Virus record (IMG/VR): IMGVR_UViG_3300009071_000004
Origin: a virus
Reading direction: 5' to 3' (one strand)
DNA: 39,585 nucleotides
The notes under the pieces were generated by a model. That model saw only the letters and a list, made by a program, of their open reading frames with translations, ran no database searches and was not told the origin of the DNA. The translations under genes and the position numbers were made by a program. Positions 23,444 through 31,565 of the stretch are shown one piece after another (position 1 is the first letter of the stretch; every line of letters starts with the position of its first letter).

Positions 23444-23483
23444 CCTGTGAAGGGTTCACAGGAGCATGAAGCAAGCTGCTTCG
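23444..23483 (-). repeat. Pair of early-arm stem-loops (CCTGTGAA-GGG-TTCACAGG and GAAGCA-AGC-TGCTTC).
   Basis: Stems 23444-51 / 23455-62 and 23468-73 / 23477-82, directly upstream of the 142-aa gene. Confidence 0.7.
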
Positions 23484-23542
23484 TGATCGCCAACCATGCG
23501 TCATTGCTTCACACGGTTGGCGATCCCGCTGCATCTAGCTGC

Positions 23543-24298
23543 TCAGCCAGCGAGGCAATCCACGAAGCTCTGAGCGTTGTTGATCTTCGAAACCACTACG
23601 TGGTCCAGCCGACCGACAGCAGGGCTTTCCTGCAGCTCTGTGAGGGCAGCCCAGGTCTCGATGAACAAATCCTCTTCGAGGACCAAGTGGCCTCTTCGAG
23701 GCCGTTCGATGAAGCTAATCAGCGCTTCGTCGACTCCGATAGCTCCCAGCTCGTCACGGAGCTTCGCTCCGAAGAGCACCTTCAACTTCGTTGACTCAGG
23801 AAGCTTCGCTTCTTTCACAGGAGCCGAAGGCTCCCCGCCAGGAAGCTTCGCTTCTTTCTTCACAGAAGCCTTCGGCTTCGGCTTGGTGGAAGCCTTCGGC
23901 CTCGGCTTCGGCCTCGGAGCAGCTTTCTTCGAAGCCTTCGGCTTCACTGGAGCCTTCGGCTCTGTCGAAGCCTTCGGCTTCAGCCTGCCGTCCGTCTTCG
24001 ACGGGTTCCAACCATTGTCTCGGCAAAGCTGCTTCGCAGCTTCCAAATCACCTTCGGTGATAAGAGCCGAAACCCTTGCCCTAACGGCTTTGCCGTCACG
24101 CTTCGGAGCTTCGCTCCGCTTAGTTGAAGCCTTCGGCTTGGTCGAAGCCTTCGGCTTAGTTGAAGCCTTCGGCTTCCGTACTGGCTTCGTAGAAGCCACT
24201 TCCGTAGTTGAAGCCTTCGGCTTCGTCTGAGCTTCGCTCAGCGTAGTTGTGATGAACAAGTCGCCGAAGCGAATCTCGATGGTCTGTGGACGAGCCAT
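23543..24298 (-). CDS. Lysine-rich repeat protein ([K]PKAST repeats), candidate histone-H1/HupB-tail-like nucleic-acid binder. It is the first gene of the leftward arm.
   Basis: KPKASTKPKASTKPKAST plus further KPKAS(T/K) units are spread over aa 25-150. A helical insert VRARVSALITEGDLEAAKQLCRDNGWNP follows, and the ~90-aa C-terminal domain is non-repetitive. Confidence 0.7.
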   Translation of the reverse strand: MARPQTIEIRFGDLFITTTLSEAQTKPKASTTEVASTKPVRKPKASTKPKASTKPKASTKRSEAPKRDGKAVRARVSALITEGDLEAAKQLCRDNGWNPSKTDGRLKPKASTEPKAPVKPKASKKAAPRPKPRPKASTKPKPKASVKKEAKLPGGEPSAPVKEAKLPESTKLKVLFGAKLRDELGAIGVDEALISFIERPRRGHLVLEEDLFIETWAALTELQESPAVGRLDHVVVSKINNAQSFVDCLAG

Positions 24299-24860
24299 GG
24301 TGGCCCTGCTTTCCTATGTGAGGGCTTCGCCCCGTGGGGTAAAGCCCGCCGAACCGACTGGCTCGACTTCTCCATAGGACCATAGATCGGCCCCAAAAGT
24401 CAAGCAGAAATCCCCCAATGGCCCCCTACGCCCCCCATTGGTTTCTGCCTCACTCGCGCTGCCCGCTCGCACGCTCGATCGGGGGCGGGTACGTGCATGC
24501 ATGTGATCGCATGCTGAGCGAAGCTCAGTGCGAGGGCGGGTGCGGGTATAGGGGGGGGTGGGCGCGCGCGTCAAGATGTAATAATCCTTTGTTCTGCGGA
24601 TTGTTTCCCCCCCCAGGATGCTTGTCCGCTTGTTTGTCCGCTGTTCGTGTGTTAACGGTCGTTAACATGAACGCTGTCCATGTGATATTAGCTTCTCGCT
24701 TTGCAGCGGGGCCGCCCGAGCGGACCCGCACCAGCGCAGGCTCGCTTGGGGGACGTATGGCTCTCTTTTTCTACGGTTCTGGACTGTAGTAGCCGCTCTG
24801 GCATTCGTGGCCCCTGAGGGGGGCCACTCATTAAAGCATTGTTTCTGGCGTTCTAACATT

Positions 24861-24934
24861 GGGTGTGAAGGTTGGCTTCGCTGCTCCTCCTACTGGGGGT
24901 GCGGGATACCTGGGTTCGATCCCCAGCACATCCA
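24861..24934 (+). other. tRNA-like element with a canonical T-arm and acceptor stem. The D and anticodon arms are not canonical.
   Basis: CTGGG-TTCGATC-CCCAG forms the T-arm (24910-26). The 7-bp acceptor GGGTGTG (24861-67) pairs with CACATCC (24927-33) with one G-U, followed by discriminator A and then CCC. I could not fold positions 8-49 into standard D and anticodon arms. Confidence 0.3.
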
Positions 24935-24991
24935 CCCATCCTTCTAGCGGAGGGGCGTCTACGACCCCCGACGCTGTACGCTGTCCACGGT

Positions 24992-25471
24992 ATGGACATG
25001 GAAGCTGGAGAGACGCCATCTGATTACCACTGGTCTTACAATTCGACAACGGGGGAGGAGGATCCTCCACCGATTGTGCTGACGTATTTAGAGAACTTGA
25101 CTTCTCTGGAGCATGATCGTTTGTCTGATAAGGCGTGGGCTGCCGAGTTTGGGATTGCGGATCGGACGTTGCGGCGTTGGAAGAAGGATGAGCGGTTTCG
25201 GAAGCTGTGGACGAAGATGGCTGACAACTCGGTGTTGGGGCCTGACGCTATTTCGCCGATTTATCATGCGGCGTTGAAGATTGCTGCTGATCCTGATCAT
25301 CCGAAGTGGGATGCTGCGTCGAAAATGATTTTGTCGTTGGCTGACAAGGTGCGGCCTCCGACTCTTCAGGTGAATGTGACTGCTGAGGATCGGTTTACTA
25401 ACATGTCTGACGATCAGCTTCAGGCGTACCTGGCTCAGGGTAAGGACGTGTTGGAGATCGGCCCGTCGTGA
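24992..25471 (+). CDS. terS: Terminase small subunit (N-terminal HTH).
   Basis: SDKAWAAEFGIADRTLRRWKKDERF is an HTH. The stop overlaps the TerL start (GTGA). The start is uncertain (M at 24992 or 24998), and the upstream part of the tracked ORF overlaps the tRNA-like element. Confidence 0.55.
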   Translation: MDMEAGETPSDYHWSYNSTTGEEDPPPIVLTYLENLTSLEHDRLSDKAWAAEFGIADRTLRRWKKDERFRKLWTKMADNSVLGPDAISPIYHAALKIAADPDHPKWDAASKMILSLADKVRPPTLQVNVTAEDRFTNMSDDQLQAYLAQGKDVLEIGPS

Positions 25472-27057
25472 GCTTGGGTGGCGATCAGGTCGAGTTGGCC
25501 CGTAGGGAGGCTGGTTGGCGTCGTGGCGCTGCGGATCCTCATTGGGTCGCTGAGCAGGCTTGGAAGATTCAGCATCCGTTGGGTGAGCGTCTGTTCACTC
25601 TTAGGGCTTCTCAGTCTGAGGCTCTTCAGCGTTGGTTGGATGGTGAGAACAGCATCACTCTTAAAGCCCGTCAGATCGGCTGGTCGACGTTGGTCGCGTT
25701 TTACGTGTTTTGGTTGGCGTTTTGGTTTCCAAATACTCGGATCATGTTGCTCTCTAAGGGTGAGCGTGAGGCTCAGGAGTTGTTGGGCAAGGTCAAGTTT
25801 GGGTTGGAGCGGATCCCTGGGTGGCTTCAGGCCCGTGGGCCTCGGGTTCGCACTAGCAACTTGACGAAGATTGAGTTGTCGAACGGGTCTGAGATTTTGT
25901 CGTTGCCGTCGGGCAATAACCCTGCCCGTGGGTTTACGGGTCGTTTGATCGTTGTTGATGAGTTCGCGTTTTTGGAGAACGCTGGCGAGGCTTGGGCTTC
26001 GATTGAGCCGACCGCCGATATTGGCGGTCAGCTCATCCTTCTCAGCACAGCGAACGGGTCTGGTAACAAGTTTGAAGATTTGTGGGTGCGTGCCCAGTCA
26101 GGCAAGTCTGTGTTCAAGCCAATGTTTTATGGCTGGGATTCGGTTTATGAACGCGACGAGGATTGGTATAAGCAGAAGCAGTTTGATTTGCCTGAGTGGC
26201 AGCTTCATCAGGAATATCCGTCGAACCCGTCTCAGGCGTTTATTCGTTCTGGGATGATGGTGTTCAACTCTGAGTTGTTGGAAGAGTTGAATGCTGGGGC
26301 TAAGGAGCCGTTGTTGACGGTGAACCTTGAGGGGCCAGGCCCAGATTTCCCTCGGACGTTTGAGGCTGTGCCTAATACGCCATCGAATTCGTTTGTGCAT
26401 GTTTGGGAAGAACCTGATGAGGGCACTTCTTACGTTATTGGTGCTGACGTTGCTGAAGGTTTGGCGCATGGCGACTACAGTTCGGGGCATGTGGTGTCTG
26501 TGGGCGATGAGCCTCGGGTTGTTGCCGAGTGGCACGGCCACATTGAGGCTGATTTGTTTGCCTATGAGCTGTTCAAGTTGGGTACGTGGTACAACACGGC
26601 CCTAATTTTGCCTGAGGTTAACAATCACGGGTTGACGACGGTTACTGAGCTGCGAAAGTTGGGTTATCGCAGAATTTGGCGAAGAATGTCGTTGAATTCG
26701 GCTACTCGTAAACGTCAGATGGAATGGGGTTGGAAAACGACCAGAATCACTAAACCGCTCATGATCGATGGTCTTCATCAGTGGATGAGGGTTCGTAGGT
26801 CGGCTGGTGTGCCGTCTGTTGCTGCTTGTGCAGAGTTGGCCCGTTTCACCCGTAACCATCGGGGCCAGATGTCTGGATCTCCGCACGATGACCGCGTCAT
26901 TTCGTTGGCGTTGGCAGTGCATGCGTTGGACTTTGCTTACTCCCCCGAATATCAGGAAGAAGTTGTTCACCCGTACGGATCGATGGGCTGGTACGAGGAA
27001 CAGGTACAAAAAATGGACGGCGCGCTGTCGTCCGACGACGAATGGGTCATCCACTGA
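25468..27057 (+). CDS. terL: Terminase large subunit.
   Basis: LKARQIGWSTLVA is a Walker A-like P-loop variant, LIVVDEFAF is Walker B, and LLSTANG is the coupling motif. The C-terminal nuclease-like region carries IGADVAEG and SPHDDRV. Confidence 0.85.
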   Translation: MSLGGDQVELARREAGWRRGAADPHWVAEQAWKIQHPLGERLFTLRASQSEALQRWLDGENSITLKARQIGWSTLVAFYVFWLAFWFPNTRIMLLSKGEREAQELLGKVKFGLERIPGWLQARGPRVRTSNLTKIELSNGSEILSLPSGNNPARGFTGRLIVVDEFAFLENAGEAWASIEPTADIGGQLILLSTANGSGNKFEDLWVRAQSGKSVFKPMFYGWDSVYERDEDWYKQKQFDLPEWQLHQEYPSNPSQAFIRSGMMVFNSELLEELNAGAKEPLLTVNLEGPGPDFPRTFEAVPNTPSNSFVHVWEEPDEGTSYVIGADVAEGLAHGDYSSGHVVSVGDEPRVVAEWHGHIEADLFAYELFKLGTWYNTALILPEVNNHGLTTVTELRKLGYRRIWRRMSLNSATRKRQMEWGWKTTRITKPLMIDGLHQWMRVRRSAGVPSVAACAELARFTRNHRGQMSGSPHDDRVISLALAVHALDFAYSPEYQEEVVHPYGSMGWYEEQVQKMDGALSSDDEWVIH

Positions 27058-27123
27058 CCTTGTAGAAGCCGAACACTGTCCACTAGAGGCTTGAACGCAT
27101 TATTGTCCTGATTAGGAGTTCAA

Positions 27124-27366
27124 ATGGGTCCAGATAAACTTCAGTACGACAGCACTGGTGCTGGTGAGATGGTGAAGTCACACAGCGGCGAAATCATGGG
27201 TGGCTTTGCGTCGCCTGGCGGCGGTTCGACGCTTCCTTCCTCGGCTTCTGGCGACGTTGTTGCCCCTGGCAGCCAGCACGCTGGTTCTGACGTACGCACC
27301 ATTACTGGCGCAAGCGGTGGGACCATCGGTGGTTTCGCCTCTCCTGGCGGCAGCCAGGAAGTCTGA
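27124..27366 (+). CDS. Gly/Ser-rich 80-aa protein with a duplicated GGFASPGG motif.
   Basis: The SD is ttaggagttcaa. The internal duplication is IMGGFASPGGGS / TIGGFASPGGSQ. Confidence 0.55.
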   Translation: MGPDKLQYDSTGAGEMVKSHSGEIMGGFASPGGGSTLPSSASGDVVAPGSQHAGSDVRTITGASGGTIGGFASPGGSQEV

Positions 27367-27378
27367 TACGTTTGCCTG

Positions 27379-27723
27379 ATGGGCATCCGTACAGCTAGCG
27401 CTGAAGAACCAACTCCCACCGTGTGGGACTTGTCTTACGAGCCGTGCCCTTGCGGGGGCACGGCCCAACGCTTTTTCCATGAAACAAAGACGTTTTACCC
27501 CGTGCCATGCGAAGGCGAAGCCACAGGGCAACGTGTTTCGTGGGAATGCAAGATGAAACACCACCATAAAGAATTTGCTCAAGGGCGCGACCCTGTCGGC
27601 AAAGGCGGAACCCCGTTCCGTGTTTCGGCTGCTGAAGGCTGGACACAATTCGGGGCGATGAAAGAATCACAAGATTACGCCCGCTCTGAAGGCGTAGATC
27701 TTCAGCGCTCTTCCCGTTCGTAG
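27379..27723 (+). CDS. Hypothetical 114-aa protein with scattered Cys and His.
   Basis: An ORF between TerL and the portal. It carries CPCGG..PCEGE..WEC..HHH. The SD is weak. Confidence 0.5.
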   Translation: MGIRTASAEEPTPTVWDLSYEPCPCGGTAQRFFHETKTFYPVPCEGEATGQRVSWECKMKHHHKEFAQGRDPVGKGGTPFRVSAAEGWTQFGAMKESQDYARSEGVDLQRSSRS

Positions 27724-27731
27724 GAGAAACC

Positions 27732-29579
27732 ATGCCTGTATTTGGGCGGAAGCCACCACACAAGCCACAGGCAGAACTTTTGTCCTACTACGGGGGCGAA
27801 CTTGAACGTTCGCGTTCTTGGCGAGAATCTGAAGGCTACGACGCCCTGTGGACCGACATGGTCAACATTTACAAGGGCGACTCGATCATCCCTAGCGGCA
27901 GCTCGTCTGATGATCGCATAGCGATCAATCAGGCGTTCTCAACGATCAATGTGATTTATCCTGCGATTTCGGTTTCTCGGCCAGAGATCACAGTGCAGGC
28001 GAATCGGTCTGACATGGAATCCCGTGCCGTGTTTGTTCAGGCAATGGTCAACCACCAGTGGGAGCGTTACCGCTTTCAGGAGCCGTTCCGTCGCGCCGTT
28101 AAAGATTCGCTTCTTGTGGGTCACGGCTGGTGCAAGATGCTTTGGTCTTATGAAGAGACTGAGAAAGACCTGACCGAAGAAGAGTTCGCTGTTCGGTTCC
28201 AGTCGGCTTTGCAAAACGAAACTGCTATAGCTGCTGAAGAAGAACGTGACATGGTCACGGACGAAGAGTTAGCTAAGCAGATCATGGCGCAATCAAAGCA
28301 AACGCTGGTTGATCGTCCCGTCATGGAACGCATCTCGGTTCACGACATGTTCGTTAACCCTGAAGCTACGTCGTTGGAAGATGCCCGTTGGGTATCTCAA
28401 CGCATTGTGCGTCATATCGATGATGTTCACAATGACCCTGCGTATTCAAGGAAAGCGCGAGAATCGGTTCAAGCAGGGCTTCTACTCTCCGATTCGCAAT
28501 ACAAGACGGCAGAAGAAAGCTACAAATCGAAGGAACTGGTCGAAGTTTTCGAGTTCTACGATTTGCATCGCAAGACGATGTCGACCTTCGCTACGGGTGC
28601 CCGAGAGTACCTGATTCGTCCTCGGGCAATGCCGTACGCTTTCGGTCACCCATTCGAACAGCTCCGCAACTACGAGATCCCCGACCATTTCTATCCGATG
28701 GGAGATTTGGAATCGGTTGCTCCTCTCATCAAGGAACTATCTAAGACTCGTTCCGAAATGATGAACCATCGTGCCCGTTACGCACGCAAATACATTGCAC
28801 GCAAATCGGCCATCAACAAAGCAGACCTGTCGAAGATCGCATCAAAACGTGACGGTGAAGTGATCTTCATCGAAGATGACAACGTCCCACTAAACGACGT
28901 TATTCAGCCTGTGAATCAGGTTTCGATGGACCCTGGCCTGTATAACTGGTCGCAGTTGATCACTCAAGATATCGAGGAGATTTCGGGAGTTTCCGAATTT
29001 ATGCGTGGCGGCGGCGGTCAGATCCGCCGTACCGCCACGGAAGCATCGTTGATGCAAGATGCTGCGAATGTCAGAACTGCTGAAAAACTCGACCGTGTCG
29101 AAACGTTCATCGCTCAGCTCGCTACCAAACTTCTCCAAATCAACCAGCAATACGTGACGGGTGAACAGGCCGCTAAGATCGTTGGCCGAGACGGTGCCGC
29201 TTTGTGGGTGCCGTACACCCGAGAAGACATCAAAGGCCAATACGATTTCCGTGTCGAGGGCGGTTCGACCGTTCCGAAGAACGAAACATTCCGACGCCAG
29301 TCGGCGCTCGGAATGTTGCAGGCAATGACCCCGTTTATTCAGTCTGGGCAAGTCAACGTTCAGGAACTGATGCGGGTCGTGCTCCGAGACGGGTTCAACA
29401 TCAAAAACCCTGAGAAGTTCCTGCAACAGCCACAGCAGCAAGACCCGATGGCTCAACAGGGCGGAATGCCTGGGCAGCAAGCTTTGAGCGCAGGAGGCGG
29501 CGGAAGTGGAGCTGACGCTCCGCAGCTTGAGCCAGCTCAGCAAGCAGAAGCTGACGCTGCCGCTCAACTAGGGATATAA
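27732..29579 (+). CDS. Portal protein.
   Basis: It is 615 aa, lies between the terminase and the scaffold/capsid genes, has the SD taggagaaacc, and has an acidic Q/A-rich C-terminal tail. The call rests on position and size. Confidence 0.75.
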   Translation: MPVFGRKPPHKPQAELLSYYGGELERSRSWRESEGYDALWTDMVNIYKGDSIIPSGSSSDDRIAINQAFSTINVIYPAISVSRPEITVQANRSDMESRAVFVQAMVNHQWERYRFQEPFRRAVKDSLLVGHGWCKMLWSYEETEKDLTEEEFAVRFQSALQNETAIAAEEERDMVTDEELAKQIMAQSKQTLVDRPVMERISVHDMFVNPEATSLEDARWVSQRIVRHIDDVHNDPAYSRKARESVQAGLLLSDSQYKTAEESYKSKELVEVFEFYDLHRKTMSTFATGAREYLIRPRAMPYAFGHPFEQLRNYEIPDHFYPMGDLESVAPLIKELSKTRSEMMNHRARYARKYIARKSAINKADLSKIASKRDGEVIFIEDDNVPLNDVIQPVNQVSMDPGLYNWSQLITQDIEEISGVSEFMRGGGGQIRRTATEASLMQDAANVRTAEKLDRVETFIAQLATKLLQINQQYVTGEQAAKIVGRDGAALWVPYTREDIKGQYDFRVEGGSTVPKNETFRRQSALGMLQAMTPFIQSGQVNVQELMRVVLRDGFNIKNPEKFLQQPQQQDPMAQQGGMPGQQALSAGGGGSGADAPQLEPAQQAEADAAAQLGI

Positions 29580-29647
29580 GTGTTATGAACGCCGTCTATG
29601 CATAGTGTAGGAGCAACCCAACATTTGGGACTCTTAAGGAGCAATCC

Positions 29648-30451
29648 GTGAATCAGACCGAAAGTGGACTCCCAACTGGAGCACCCACCACAAGTCAGCA
29701 GCAGCAGAATTCAGAAATCCCTTTGCCTGACGGCACGGTGATCAGTCTGGAAGAAGCAGCACAAGGCTATATGCGTCAAAGGGATTACACCCAGAAAACG
29801 CAGGACTTAGCCAACCAGCGTCGTATCGCCCAAAGAGGAGTTGATCTTCTTCAGGCGCTCGATACCGATCCCAAAGCAACCGTTGATCTGATTGCAGAGA
29901 CTTACAAAGTTCATGTTCCGCAGGCGTCAGCGCCTGCGGCAGCTACGAACGAGTGGGGCGAAACAATCGAGGCTTCTACGCAGGACACCGCAGAGGTGGC
30001 TGCTTTGAAGTCTGAGGTTCAGCAACTTCGGGGGACTGTCGGGAATGTGGCACAACAGCAGCAGCGTTCTGTTTTGATGAACGAAATCGCTGAGGTTCAA
30101 GCTCGTTATGGTGATTTTGATCAGGATGTTATTCTTCGGCACATGCAGGCGAATGATATTCCAACGGTCGAGATGGCTTATCGGGATTTGAACTGGGCGT
30201 CTGCACAGGAAGCGGTGTCTACACAGCGCGAACTGGAGCAGGAGCAACAGCGGGTTCTGGAAGAGAAACGTGGAATGCAGGGTGTTGTGGCAGCGGGCGC
30301 TGGAATCCCTGGAATGAATACAGACACTGGTCCGAAAGAATACAGTGCCTCGTCCCAGGGTTCATGGCGAGATTCTCTCGCCGAGGCTTTCCGAGATTCG
30401 ATGTCAGAACGTGGCTTTTCGAATGTTGGAGATCCTTTGCTGAACGGCTGA
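29648..30451 (+). CDS. Scaffolding protein.
   Basis: It is 267 aa, Q/E/A-rich and helical, has a GTG start after taaggagcaatcc, and lies directly upstream of the capsid gene. Confidence 0.6.
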   Translation: MNQTESGLPTGAPTTSQQQQNSEIPLPDGTVISLEEAAQGYMRQRDYTQKTQDLANQRRIAQRGVDLLQALDTDPKATVDLIAETYKVHVPQASAPAAATNEWGETIEASTQDTAEVAALKSEVQQLRGTVGNVAQQQQRSVLMNEIAEVQARYGDFDQDVILRHMQANDIPTVEMAYRDLNWASAQEAVSTQRELEQEQQRVLEEKRGMQGVVAAGAGIPGMNTDTGPKEYSASSQGSWRDSLAEAFRDSMSERGFSNVGDPLLNG

Positions 30452-30493
30452 CGTTTGGCTGATCCCATCCCATCTACTCCTTAGGAGTCAATC

Positions 30494-31510
30494 ATGGCTT
30501 TCGGTTACAAAGACACCGATGCTAACTGGTCAGATATTCTGACCACGACCTTTGCGAAGGTCACACCACAATTCATCGATCAGGTCTTCCAGGCCCGTCC
30601 TCTCGCTTATTTCTTGGCGCAGGCTGGTCAGGTCATCCAGATCGATGGTGGCGCACGTATCCAAGAGGCTTTGATCGGCCTTGACAACGCGGCTAACACA
30701 GTCACCTACTCGGGTGCGACTGCTATCAACAACGTCGCTCAGGAAGAAGTCACTTCGGCGATTTACGATTGGAAGCAGCTTGCTTCTACCGTGTCGATCA
30801 CTGGTCTTGAAGAGGCTCAGAACAGCGGCGAAGCTGCGTTCCTTGATCTTCTCAACACCAAGATCGAAATTGCCCGCGAATCTGTTGTTCAGAAGATGAA
30901 CAGCATGTTCTGGGGTGCCTCGCCTGATGCAACCGACTTCCACGGCCTTACCCTTCTGGTCAAGGACGTTGCCTCTACTGTCGGTGGCATCACCCCTGGT
31001 GATTCCCCCGACGATTACTGGTGGAGGTCTGCGGTTCACAACGCTGCTCAGGCAGCTACGGGGCCGACGGCTGGCATTTCGGGCTTCGCTCACACCGATG
31101 CCACGGAACTCGACCGTGAGATGATGACGAACGTCTTCAACGATGCTTCTGTGGGTGGCGACACTCCGCAGTTCATCATCACCACTCAGGAACTACACGA
31201 GCACTACGAGTCACTTCTGCAGGCGAACATGCGTCACACCGACGCTAAGCTCGCAGACGCTGGCTTCCAGGCTTTGGAGTTCAAGGGCCGTCCCGTCTTG
31301 TTCGATGACGATTGTCCCACTGGTGAGATGTACTTCATCAACCCGAAGTACCTGCGCCTCAAGGTCCACAAGGACCGCTTCTTCAAGGCTGGACCCTTCA
31401 TCCAGCCGACCAATGCGGATACCCGCACCATGAAGATGCTGACCTACGGCAACCTCACGATCAACTCCCGTCGTCACCAGGGAATGATCTACGGCCTCAC
31501 CACTGCCTAA
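30494..31510 (+). CDS. Major capsid protein.
   Basis: It is 338 aa, has the strong SD ttaggagtcaatc, lies after the scaffold gene, and is followed by a strong stem-loop. The call rests on position and size. Confidence 0.8.
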   Translation: MAFGYKDTDANWSDILTTTFAKVTPQFIDQVFQARPLAYFLAQAGQVIQIDGGARIQEALIGLDNAANTVTYSGATAINNVAQEEVTSAIYDWKQLASTVSITGLEEAQNSGEAAFLDLLNTKIEIARESVVQKMNSMFWGASPDATDFHGLTLLVKDVASTVGGITPGDSPDDYWWRSAVHNAAQAATGPTAGISGFAHTDATELDREMMTNVFNDASVGGDTPQFIITTQELHEHYESLLQANMRHTDAKLADAGFQALEFKGRPVLFDDDCPTGEMYFINPKYLRLKVHKDRFFKAGPFIQPTNADTRTMKMLTYGNLTINSRRHQGMIYGLTTA

Positions 31511-31531
31511 TCCAGGGCGAATGGTTTGAGT

Positions 31532-31565
31532 GGAGCGGGCTAGATCTTAGGATCTGGCCCGCTCC
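31532..31565 (+). terminator. Long stem-loop after the capsid gene, an attenuator or terminator candidate.
   Basis: GGAGCGGGC-t-AGATC-ttag-GATCT-g-GCCCGCTCC, 21 nt after the capsid stop. There is no U-tract. Confidence 0.5.

Noticed and set aside
8875-24298. A search for an integrase, excisionase or CI-like repressor (lysogeny module) and for toxin-antitoxin or known defence genes.
   Set aside because: No ORF shows tyrosine or serine recombinase signatures or a CI/Cro-type pair. The only small DNA binders are the RHH protein and WhiB. The genome therefore looks lytic, and no mobile element is called.
24545-24574. A possible leftward promoter TTGACG-N18-TATACC for the first early gene.
   Set aside because: The -35 and the 18-nt spacing match the other promoters. 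However, the -10 lacks the invariant final T, the spacer is the G8/GC-alternating tract, and it would leave a ~240-nt leader. This is too weak to annotate.
24861-24934. Calling this a bona fide tRNA gene. An amber-suppressor-like CUA can be placed in one alternative loop, and GGG or CCU in others.
   Set aside because: None of the alternative anticodon stems has five good pairs together with U33 and a purine at 37. The D-arm is not foldable and position 8 is A. I keep it only as a tRNA-like element.
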